A DNA stretch of 64,000 bases from the IMG/VR virus record IMGVR_UViG_3300010149_000008. The stretch is one strand, 5' to 3'. Source of the DNA: a virus (taxonomy: Duplodnaviria > Caudoviricetes). The notes under the pieces are model-generated. The model saw only the letters and a list, made by a program, of their open reading frames with translations. It was not told the DNA's origin and searched no databases. Numbering within the stretch: the first letter of the stretch is position 1; every line of letters begins with the position of its first letter. The translations under genes and the position numbers were made by a program. Positions 1-8,166 of the stretch are shown one piece after another.

Positions 1-9
1 CAAACAGCA

Positions 10-1779
10 ATGAAAGGAGCAGGCCAATTAACTATAAGTGCAGGTGAAGCTTTAAAAATGACGGGTGCTTTTCTTAAAAGGTCTTGGGGCGCAACTTTTG
101 GTTATATGTTTACAGTATATCAAAGTGTTAGAAGCCATGGAGTTATAAGAGGCTTGGCTGTTGCAAATAAACAATTTACTTCTAAAGATAAACAGATAAA
201 AAACGAAATGAAAAGTTTAATAAAAGCTCAACCTGGAGCAAAAGATGCTGAGCTTTTTATAGGAATGACATGTCCTGCCGCAAGAGCTTTTGATGTTTTT
301 GTAGATAAAGATTTTAAACAAATCAATCTTCCCGGAAATACTGGCAAAGGTTCACGTGAAAGAGATAGAGAAAAATATAAAGCTTTTTACAACTTTGTTA
401 TGATAGTATCACATATTTCACATGGTACTAAATTGAAAGATTTCGAAGAAAACAATAAAAGACTGACTAGAAAACAAAGAGAAAAAAGTATAAAGAAAAA
501 ATATAAAGTTGACAAAGAAGCTCTGAAAAATTTACAAACAGAAAAGTTTGTTGATGTTTGTAAAGCAATAACTTTTTTACATAAGCCTAATAGAAATTTA
601 AGAAAAATTTTTAAAAAAAATGATGTTAGCTACCCAACTTTAAATACTTTACAAAATGGTTTTGTAAAATTTATGTTAAGCAATCAAGATAAAAACAAGT
701 GTTTAAAATTCATATCAGAAGGAGAATTAGAAAGCACAGTTGTGTCTTTGTCTAATTTACTATCTCTTGATGACTCAATAAAATGTGTTAAATACATACT
801 AAAAAACGAAAATCTATCAGATAGTGCTGATGATGAAGGGGAAGAGGAAGAGAGACTTAACTCAGGTTTTAGTCTTTTATTGAAAAAAAATAAAACTATA
901 ATCAAAGAAGCTGAAGAGGAAGAGGAAGAGGACGTAAGTAGTGAAAAAGTTAAAGATTTAAAGTCAGGAATGGCACTTTCTTTTGCAACTTTTTATATAA
1001 TGAGATCATCAATACTTTCTATATTATCTGACATTACTGTTTCTGTGTCTATAGCAATTAATACAGCAACTGATGTTGTTTTTAATAGTATACTTAGCGA
1101 AAAAAATGACATAAACATTTCAGAAAGTAAAAATATTCTATTAGAAAACAAAGAAAACTCAGCTGAGTTAAGTGGTAAAATTGAAAAAGTTAACAAGCAA
1201 ATTGATTTATTTAATAGACAATTTGAGTACTCAATTGAAAAAATTGATATAGGTATACTGAAGGATCTTCAAGGTTTTGCATCAAAAATAACAAAAGAAG
1301 TTGAAAAATCAGAGGCTGAGTTAGATTCTAAATTAAAAGATGATAAAGAAAAAAAAGTTGCTAGATCAACTGGGATAATTGAAATTTTAGAAAAAATAAA
1401 ATCTTCTGCTTCAGAGATAAATTTGTCTTCTGAGATATCTGTATCAATAAACAATGCAAAAAAAATAATAGAAGAAGACATGATGGACTTAGATGAAATT
1501 TTAATTTTAGTTGGAAAAAACAAAAACAAACTATCAGACGTAGGTCTAAGCGAGAATTCAATAGCTAAAATAAAAAATACAATTGACAAAGCAACAAAAG
1601 ACATTAATGACTTAAATGACATTGAAAATAAAATAACTAGTTATACAGATAGAATAGAACAGTTAAAATCTAGTTTAGATGAAGATATAAATAGTTTAGA
1701 TGAAGAAAAAAGCAAAGAAACAGACACAGAAACTATAGAAATACCCAAGGAAAAACTAGACATTGAAAAGGAGAAATGA
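10..1779 (+). CDS. Large acidic/coiled-coil hypothetical protein, probably 5'-partial
   Basis: 589-aa ORF; the frame is open back to base 1; Glu/Lys-rich heptad-like C-terminal half. Confidence 0.75.
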   Translation: MKGAGQLTISAGEALKMTGAFLKRSWGATFGYMFTVYQSVRSHGVIRGLAVANKQFTSKDKQIKNEMKSLIKAQPGAKDAELFIGMTCPAARAFDVFVDKDFKQINLPGNTGKGSRERDREKYKAFYNFVMIVSHISHGTKLKDFEENNKRLTRKQREKSIKKKYKVDKEALKNLQTEKFVDVCKAITFLHKPNRNLRKIFKKNDVSYPTLNTLQNGFVKFMLSNQDKNKCLKFISEGELESTVVSLSNLLSLDDSIKCVKYILKNENLSDSADDEGEEEERLNSGFSLLLKKNKTIIKEAEEEEEEDVSSEKVKDLKSGMALSFATFYIMRSSILSILSDITVSVSIAINTATDVVFNSILSEKNDINISESKNILLENKENSAELSGKIEKVNKQIDLFNRQFEYSIEKIDIGILKDLQGFASKITKEVEKSEAELDSKLKDDKEKKVARSTGIIEILEKIKSSASEINLSSEISVSINNAKKIIEEDMMDLDEILILVGKNKNKLSDVGLSENSIAKIKNTIDKATKDINDLNDIENKITSYTDRIEQLKSSLDEDINSLDEEKSKETDTETIEIPKEKLDIEKEK

Positions 1780-2048
1780 AATTGGACAAGTGGATTCCAG
1801 AGATATTTTACGAAGAAGACAATAAAGGTTTAACAGGCGGACTTCCTTTTATTAACGTGCCAAAAGATAGATCAATGCCCTCATGCATGTTTATATGTGA
1901 AGTCAGACCTGTTTATGAAGAAGACAATGAAATAGAAAAAGAAGTTATCGCTCATTCTTTAGCTAATATGTCTGTATTAAAACAAAAGCTAGACCAAGAA
2001 ACTTACAACAAAGTAAGAACTGCAATAGGTTTACAGCCTATAAAATAA
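1776..2048 (+). CDS. Hypothetical protein
   Basis: ATGA overlap with the upstream stop; no family recognised. Confidence 0.75.
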   Translation: MKLDKWIPEIFYEEDNKGLTGGLPFINVPKDRSMPSCMFICEVRPVYEEDNEIEKEVIAHSLANMSVLKQKLDQETYNKVRTAIGLQPIK

Positions 2049-2098
2049 AATTGTACAAATAAAATATTTTAATATAATAATATTAAAAGAGAGATTTT

Positions 2099-2551
2099 AT
2101 GTACGAAGTAGGCCAGTTAATATATACAATAATAGAAGAGAGACATAAAGTAATGCCTCTCAAAATATCAGAGCAAGTTACAACAAAAACGTTGGAAGGC
2201 GAAAAAACTGTATACAAAGCAGAACTGCCAGGAAATAAAAAAAAAGTTATATTAAGTAAACTGACAAATGTTTGGACAGATTTAGAAGATGTTAAAAAGC
2301 ATATGCTAAAAAACGCTAGTATTGCAATTGACAACATGCTTATTGAAACTGACGACATTAGAAAAAAATATTTTTTGGATCAAGAGTTAGTTGATGCGTG
2401 TAAAGAAGATTTAAGTCATGATATAATTGATAGTGACGTTGATGATGATTTAACTCTTAAAGTTGATCTAGGCGATGGACAAATTGGAAACTTAACAATC
2501 AACAACCAAGAATTGGATCAAAAAAAAAATGAAGAAAATATTACTTCTTGA
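2099..2551 (+). CDS. Hypothetical protein
   Basis: 150-aa ORF co-oriented in the operon. Confidence 0.75.
   Translation: MYEVGQLIYTIIEERHKVMPLKISEQVTTKTLEGEKTVYKAELPGNKKKVILSKLTNVWTDLEDVKKHMLKNASIAIDNMLIETDDIRKKYFLDQELVDACKEDLSHDIIDSDVDDDLTLKVDLGDGQIGNLTINNQELDQKKNEENITS
2398..2427 (+). promoter_or_regulatory. Promoter (GTGTAA-N18-TATAAT) inside ORF 2099
   Basis: Matches the recurrent motif; about 100 nt upstream of the exonuclease gene. Confidence 0.6.
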
Positions 2552-3344
2552 TGGTTATAACTTAATCTACAGAGCTAGATATAGCGGTATGAACAAAGGT
2601 GATCATTCTACAATATTTAATTTTTTTAGAGGTCTAAGACCTTTAATAGAGAAGTTTGATCCTGACATGGCCTATTTGGTTCTAGAAGGTGCGCCTAAGA
2701 AGAGACTTGAAGTTCAACCTGACTACAAAGGACAGAGAACTTACAATGACAAAGATAATTTTTCTTTGCAAAGAAAAACAATTATTTCTTTGCTTACAAA
2801 TTACTTTCCAATACAATTAGTAAAGCATGACGATTATGAATGTGATGATATAATTGGACACATTGCTGATGTTAACGATAAAAAAAATAATGAAGTAACA
2901 ATCATATCATCAGACACAGACTTTATGCAATGTATAAGTAAAAACGTATCTCTTTATAATCCTGTTAGAAAAAAGTACATAGAAAAACCTGATTATGACT
3001 ATGTTCTTTGGAAATCTTTAAAAGGTGACGCTTCTGATAACATTATAGGCTTTAAAGGCATAGGTGATAAAAGAGCAAGAAAGCTATGTGAAAACAAAGA
3101 TGAATTAGAAAATTTTCTTCTAACTGAAGGTTATAAAGACAAGTTAGAAGAAAATGTTTTTATGATTAAACTCCATACATTAGAAAGTGATGCAGAAAAT
3201 ATTAAATATTTTGACATGCCAAAATCACATATGTGGGAAGAATTAAAAAGTGTATTTGAGCAATATGACTTTAAGTCAATGATTTCAAAAGAAAAAACTT
3301 GGCAAAAATACACAAACACATTTGATAAATTATTCGAGAGGTAG
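2529..3344 (+). CDS. 5'-3' exonuclease / flap endonuclease (T4 RNase H / PolA N-terminal family)
   Basis: LLDGYNLIYRA, ECDDIIG, SSDTDF, LKGDASDNIIGFKGIGDK motifs. Confidence 0.9.
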   Translation: MKKILLLDGYNLIYRARYSGMNKGDHSTIFNFFRGLRPLIEKFDPDMAYLVLEGAPKKRLEVQPDYKGQRTYNDKDNFSLQRKTIISLLTNYFPIQLVKHDDYECDDIIGHIADVNDKKNNEVTIISSDTDFMQCISKNVSLYNPVRKKYIEKPDYDYVLWKSLKGDASDNIIGFKGIGDKRARKLCENKDELENFLLTEGYKDKLEENVFMIKLHTLESDAENIKYFDMPKSHMWEELKSVFEQYDFKSMISKEKTWQKYTNTFDKLFER

Positions 3345-3347
3345 AAA

Positions 3348-3557
3348 ATGATATATTCAGATACAACACAAAAAGTGTTAAGAGAAAACAATTTAATTAC
3401 TGAAGCTGAGATTGCACTACAATCAGGCGACTTAATTTTAGCAGAAAACGTTTTAACAAAAGAGAGAAGAATGCTAAACAAAGAAACTGTTTCAAGGTTT
3501 ATTAGTACAACAAACATTTCAGAATCAACAACAAAAACACAGTTGCTAAAGGGGTAA
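3348..3557 (+). CDS. Hypothetical protein
   Basis: 69-aa ORF between exonuclease and GroEL; not GroES-like. Confidence 0.65.
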   Translation: MIYSDTTQKVLRENNLITEAEIALQSGDLILAENVLTKERRMLNKETVSRFISTTNISESTTKTQLLKG

Positions 3558-3558
3558 A

Positions 3559-5217
3559 ATGTCTGATTTAATTTATTTTAATGCTGAAGCACAATACATG
3601 CTAAAAGAGGGTGTAAGAAAACTTTGTGCAGCTGTTAGCTCAACAATGGGGCCTCGAGGGAGATTAGTCCTTATTGAAAAAAATAATGAGCCTCCTCATC
3701 TTACAAAAGATGGCGCAACTGTTGCAAAAAACATTATACTTTCTGACAGGGTAGAGTCTTTAGGCGCAAGGCTTTTAAGACAAGCTTCAGAAAATACTGC
3801 TACAGTAGCAGGTGACGGAAGTACAACTGCGACAGTTTTGGCTAAAGAAATATACTTTAGATCTTCACAGGCATTGCAAACAGGAGTAGGATCGCCATCA
3901 GAGATTACTAGTCTTTTATCGAAAAAGTCTGAAGTAATTAAAGAATTTTTAAAAGAAAAGTCTAAAACTGTTTCTTCTAATGAAGAGATAAAGCAAGTTG
4001 CAACTATTAGCGCAAATGGCGATGATTATATTGGTGGTCTTATTTCTAACGCAATGGAAGAAGTAGGTACAAGTGGTTTAGTCACAGTTGAAAAAAGTAA
4101 AACAACAAGTACAGAGCTTAAGCTAGTTAGAGGAGTAAAGATAGATCGAGGATATATTTCTCCTTATTTTGTGACAGATACAGTAAAGTCCAGATGTATT
4201 TTAGAAGATCCTCTTGTTTTGATTACTAGCGCAAAATTGACTTCTTTGACACAAATATTACCAATATTAGAAAAAGCGCATCAAACAAAAAAGCCTTTGT
4301 TTATTATTGCAAATGATTATGATCAAGAAGCAATTCAAGCTTTAATAGCAAACGTTTCTAAGGGCTTGCTTCAAATATGTGCTGTTAGGTCACCTTTCTA
4401 TGGAGAAAAAAGAAATCAAGTTCTTAATGATCTTGCAGCAGCATTAGATACAAAAGTTTATTTTGATTTAGAAGAAAACGAAGTAAACAATATTCTACTT
4501 TCAGACTTAGGAAATTGCAAAAAGATTGAAACTAGTCATAATGAAACATTGTTTGTTGAATGTGCAGGATCAGCTGACAAGTCTAAAGAAAGCATTGAAA
4601 CTCTTGAGAGTATAGAAAATCTTCTTAAAGATAAGAATATTTCCAAAGAAGAAGAAGCTTATTTAAAACAAAGACTTGTTATTAACAAAGGAGTTGTAGC
4701 AGTACTTTCTATTGGAGCACACACTGAGTCTGAATTATTGGAGCTAGTTGACAGAATTGACGATGCACTTCATGCTACTAAAGCTGCAATGGAAAGTGGA
4801 TTTCTTCCGGGAGGTGGCATTGCCTTAGCAAAAGCTGGTCTAAAGCTATTAAGAGACTCAGAAGCTTTAGATGCAGAAAACAGTTTATTAGAAAGCACTG
4901 TAATAAAAATTCTTGCTGACGCATGTATTACACCACTTAGACAAATATTAAAAAACGCAGACTTATCTGTTGACTATATAATAGAGATGATTAAAAAAGT
5001 TCCTGACTTTAATCACGGATTTGATGTAAGAACTGAGACTTACATTGATATGATTGACAAAGGTATTATTGATCCACAGAAAGTAACAGCAACAGCACTA
5101 GAAAACGCAGTAAGCGTTGCAAACTCATTAATGAGTGTAGGTTGTGTTGTTTTAAATGAAGGTAATGCTTACGGTAATGACGTGCAACTAGTTCAGTTAT
5201 CTAATGATATGTATTAA
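3559..5217 (+). CDS. groEL: Chaperonin GroEL (phage-encoded, divergent)
   Basis: TMGPRGR, TKDGATVA, AGDGSTTATVLA, DRGYISPYF, PGGGIAL, GIIDPQKV. Confidence 0.95.
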   Translation: MSDLIYFNAEAQYMLKEGVRKLCAAVSSTMGPRGRLVLIEKNNEPPHLTKDGATVAKNIILSDRVESLGARLLRQASENTATVAGDGSTTATVLAKEIYFRSSQALQTGVGSPSEITSLLSKKSEVIKEFLKEKSKTVSSNEEIKQVATISANGDDYIGGLISNAMEEVGTSGLVTVEKSKTTSTELKLVRGVKIDRGYISPYFVTDTVKSRCILEDPLVLITSAKLTSLTQILPILEKAHQTKKPLFIIANDYDQEAIQALIANVSKGLLQICAVRSPFYGEKRNQVLNDLAAALDTKVYFDLEENEVNNILLSDLGNCKKIETSHNETLFVECAGSADKSKESIETLESIENLLKDKNISKEEEAYLKQRLVINKGVVAVLSIGAHTESELLELVDRIDDALHATKAAMESGFLPGGGIALAKAGLKLLRDSEALDAENSLLESTVIKILADACITPLRQILKNADLSVDYIIEMIKKVPDFNHGFDVRTETYIDMIDKGIIDPQKVTATALENAVSVANSLMSVGCVVLNEGNAYGNDVQLVQLSNDMY

Positions 5218-5229
5218 TATACAATACAT

Positions 5230-5415
5230 ATGGAGTTTATCATGGAAAACTTTGAAATTGACTTGATGGTTATAGAAGAACTTTTAGAAAAGAAAAAGTT
5301 AGAGTTAGAAAATGAAAGACCTTTTTTGCAGCTAGAAATAGAAAATTATCCTCCAATAAAAGAAAATACAAAAACAAAAAGTGAACCTAGACGTGTAATA
5401 ATTATTGACATTTAA
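5230..5415 (+). CDS. Hypothetical protein (start may be 5242)
   Basis: Short ORF; GGAG precedes the second ATG. Confidence 0.6.
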   Translation: MEFIMENFEIDLMVIEELLEKKKLELENERPFLQLEIENYPPIKENTKTKSEPRRVIIIDI

Positions 5416-5446
5416 TTATTATATACAAAAAAAGGAATAAAAATTT

Positions 5447-6193
5447 ATGTTAAATAATGCATTTAGTGAAATTATAAAGAAAAACCCACTACTTACTAAA
5501 AGGCAAGAGTTTGAACTTTCTAAGAAAGCAAAGAGCGGTGATCTAGAAGCTAGAAGAAAACTAATTGAATCAAATTATCGACTAGTTATTTCTATTGCAA
5601 AAAAATATCACAGAAAAAACGTTGACTTTGATGATCTTATTCAAGAAAGTACTACTGGTCTTCTAAAAGCAGTTGATAGATTTAATCCTGATTTAGGTCA
5701 TAAGTTTTCCACATACGCTTGCTGGTGGATTAAACAAGCTGCATTATCATATATTAACGAGCAAAGTGGGAGTATTAAAGTTCCTACACACTCGAGAATG
5801 CTTAATGCAAAAATTAGAAATAAAGTTGCTGAGCTTGAAAAAATTAAAGGTAAAAAACCTCATATCGAAGAAGTTGCAATTGCTTTAGGCGAGTCTGTTA
5901 ATAAGATTAATTACACAATAAAAGCAAACAAACCTTCAGTATCTTATGACAACGAAGACAACGAAAAAGCAACTTCAATAAAAAATAAGCTTCCAGACAA
6001 TAGCGCTTTTTCAGATCCTGCTGATGCGCTAGAAAGAAAAGAGTTAATGCAAATCATTAAAAACAATCTTCTTCTTTTATCACCTAAAGAAGAAAAGATT
6101 ATTCGACTAAGATTTGGCATCGAAGAAGATATTAATGATTTAGAAAATTTTCCAGTTACTGAAGAAATGAAAGGCTATCTTAATGAAAAATAA
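5447..6193 (+). CDS. RNA polymerase sigma70-family factor lacking region 4.2
   Basis: Regions 1.2/2: NYRLVISIAKKY, DDLIQE, KFSTYACWWIKQA; region 4.1 LSPKEEKIIRLRFGI; no HTH follows. Confidence 0.9.
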   Translation: MLNNAFSEIIKKNPLLTKRQEFELSKKAKSGDLEARRKLIESNYRLVISIAKKYHRKNVDFDDLIQESTTGLLKAVDRFNPDLGHKFSTYACWWIKQAALSYINEQSGSIKVPTHSRMLNAKIRNKVAELEKIKGKKPHIEEVAIALGESVNKINYTIKANKPSVSYDNEDNEKATSIKNKLPDNSAFSDPADALERKELMQIIKNNLLLLSPKEEKIIRLRFGIEEDINDLENFPVTEEMKGYLNEK

Positions 6194-6437
6194 AAAATAC
6201 GTTACAACAAATGACTATGACGGCTTAGACTATAGATCTATAGCAGAAATAATGACAAAAGATGGACACAAGATGAATCACTCATCTGTCAGAAACTATA
6301 TTACACGAGGATTTTGTAAAGTTGTAAAAGGTATAACTAAAGATTTCTCTATTAGCTATTCTGACGAAAAAATAAAAAAGATAGCTCAATCCCCAGACTT
6401 TCAAAGCTCTATAATTGAAATAATGAAAGGCAGATAA
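6183..6437 (+). CDS. Small HTH protein resembling sigma region 4.2
   Basis: GLDYRSIAEIMT...NHSSVRNYITRGFCKV; overlaps the sigma stop by 11 nt. Confidence 0.65.
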   Translation: MKNKKYVTTNDYDGLDYRSIAEIMTKDGHKMNHSSVRNYITRGFCKVVKGITKDFSISYSDEKIKKIAQSPDFQSSIIEIMKGR

Positions 6438-6817
6438 TGAAAAGTATAAAGTATAAAGTTTTTGCAAACCGTAAGAAATTTAATATTATTAATTGGATTA
6501 AAAATTCTTCAAGCAAAACATATGAAAGTTTTTCTGAGTTTTTAATAAAAAGAAATGTTTTCCCGCCAGATAATCAATACTGGAATAGTGCATTAGAGTT
6601 TTATCTTAAAAGTATTGAGACTAAAGAACCGGTTCAAGTAGAAGAGCCTGTTCAAGTAGAAGAACCTGTTCAAGTAGAAGAGCCTGTTCAAGTAGAAGAA
6701 CCTGTTCAAGTAGAAGAACCTGTTCAAGTAGAAGAACCTGTTCAAGTAGAAGAGCCTGTCGAAAAGCCTAAAAGGCGACGTCGCAAAAAAAACAGCTTTA
6801 AAGACATTCCAGAATAA
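6437..6817 (+). CDS. Hypothetical protein with (EPVQVE)7 repeat and basic tail
   Basis: TAATG overlap; tandem coding repeat. Confidence 0.75.
   Translation: MKSIKYKVFANRKKFNIINWIKNSSSKTYESFSEFLIKRNVFPPDNQYWNSALEFYLKSIETKEPVQVEEPVQVEEPVQVEEPVQVEEPVQVEEPVQVEEPVQVEEPVEKPKRRRRKKNSFKDIPE
6626..6760 (+). repeat. 18-bp tandem repeat x7.5 (GARCCKGTTCAAGTAGAA)
   Basis: Read directly; no spacers; in frame. Confidence 0.95.
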
Positions 6818-6969
6818 TGTTGTTTTTATGAAAACAAATTGGTTTGGTTTATTTCCTATTCATCAATTGCTTCATATATATAAAAAACAGAAGAAAATTG
6901 AAGAAATCAATAAGACTTCTACTCTTGACAAAGATAATGAAAAAGATACGTACGAAATTAGGAGAAATA

Positions 6970-7230
6970 ATGAAAAAGGAAGATAAACTTAACCTTGCAT
7001 TTGGCAAGTGTTTTGCAAAATCAAATCTTACTGAAGCTGAATGCGAAATGTTAAGGTCTCTAAGTTTATTAGAGCTTGTTTCAAAGTATGGTTTAAACGA
7101 AGTTCAGTCTAGAGAAATAATGTTATGGTGTCAAAGAGAATGTCAAAGAACAGGCTCTTCTGCGTTTGTTCCTAGTGAAGAACATGCTATAGAACAAATT
7201 AATTTAAATAAAAGACATTATAGGACATAA
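6970..7230 (+). CDS. Hypothetical protein
   Basis: GGAG RBS before ATG 6970 (MKKEDK), preferred over the 6844 start. Confidence 0.7.
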   Translation: MKKEDKLNLAFGKCFAKSNLTEAECEMLRSLSLLELVSKYGLNEVQSREIMLWCQRECQRTGSSAFVPSEEHAIEQINLNKRHYRT

Positions 7231-7233
7231 ATC

Positions 7234-8157
7234 ATGGAAGGTAGAAATTTTGACTATGGCCATCAAGCTTCTGATTCAAAAGAAGGACAGATGGCAAAGC
7301 GCGCATTGTTAACTATGGCAAAAGACTTGTATAATCTTTATATAACACTTAATGATCATGACGATTTACCTGAGTGGTGCCACTATAAGCTAGCAACAAG
7401 TAGAAAAGATCTTTCAGATATTACGGACTATTTAACTTCAAAAGTTATGAAGCATTGTCTAGATAAAGAAATGGGTTACGAAGATTTAAGGCTAGAAATA
7501 AAAAAGTCAATGGTAAATGATTTGCTAGCAGAAAGTAATCTTAACGAATTTTTCTTTGGCAAAAAAGGAAAGAAGAAACCAGATAATTCTTTTTCAAAAG
7601 AATATTTACCAAAGTCTGCAGCACATAGTGACTTTAGAAAAGATTACCAAAATCAAACAGTTCACTTTATAACTACTGCAAGAGAAATTGCTAGAAGAAT
7701 TAAGAGCTACGAGAGATCAAATTTAGATTTAGATATAATCGAATTGTTTAAAGGCGACGTAAGACTAAAAGTAAACCTGCAAGTAATAAACACAGAAATA
7801 CTGACATTAAAAAGAAGTATTGAAGAAATGCAAAATAATAAGTCGTTTAAACCAAAAGTAACTTCTGCTAGGATTAGTCCTAAAAAGAAAAGCTTTTTTT
7901 CTAGACTTTTTAATAGCAATGAATCAGTTTACAAAGAAGAAAAATCAAATATTGAACAGCTGATTAAAAGATGCTACGAATATATGTTAGATGTAGAGCA
8001 ATATGCTAATAGAGACTTAAAACAAATTATAGCTTTTAAAGATGAAAAAACTTTAGAACTTTTAAAAACACAACTAAACGAGATCTATAAAACTATTTTT
8101 AATTTTTTAAATAAAGTTGAAAAAGATTACAGTATTACGAGAAATAAAGAAAGATAA
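7234..8157 (+). CDS. Hypothetical protein with conserved large-phage N-terminal domain
   Basis: EGQMAKRAL...DDLPEWCHYKL resembles a motif recurrent in large phages. Confidence 0.7.
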   Translation: MEGRNFDYGHQASDSKEGQMAKRALLTMAKDLYNLYITLNDHDDLPEWCHYKLATSRKDLSDITDYLTSKVMKHCLDKEMGYEDLRLEIKKSMVNDLLAESNLNEFFFGKKGKKKPDNSFSKEYLPKSAAHSDFRKDYQNQTVHFITTAREIARRIKSYERSNLDLDIIELFKGDVRLKVNLQVINTEILTLKRSIEEMQNNKSFKPKVTSARISPKKKSFFSRLFNSNESVYKEEKSNIEQLIKRCYEYMLDVEQYANRDLKQIIAFKDEKTLELLKTQLNEIYKTIFNFLNKVEKDYSITRNKER

Positions 8158-8166
8158 AAAGCAAAC

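Noticed and set aside
684-1622. Antisense ORFs in the track (also 2083, 3131, 7707, 9161, 11737, 12978, 16794, 25895, 34411 and others)
   Set aside because: Opposite-strand shadows of longer genes with low-complexity F/L/S/I composition and no RBS.
3342-3350. Stop-codon reassignment (TAG followed in frame by the next ORF)
   Set aside because: Recognisable genes are full length in the standard code, several end at TAG, and no suppressor tRNA is present; in-frame adjacency is expected by chance.
3348-3557. GroES co-chaperonin upstream of groEL
   Set aside because: No GroES mobile loop or PLxDRV-type motif; too short.
6626-6760. CRISPR array
   Set aside because: Contiguous 18-bp in-frame repeats without spacers; no repeat-spacer array or cas gene was seen anywhere in the window.
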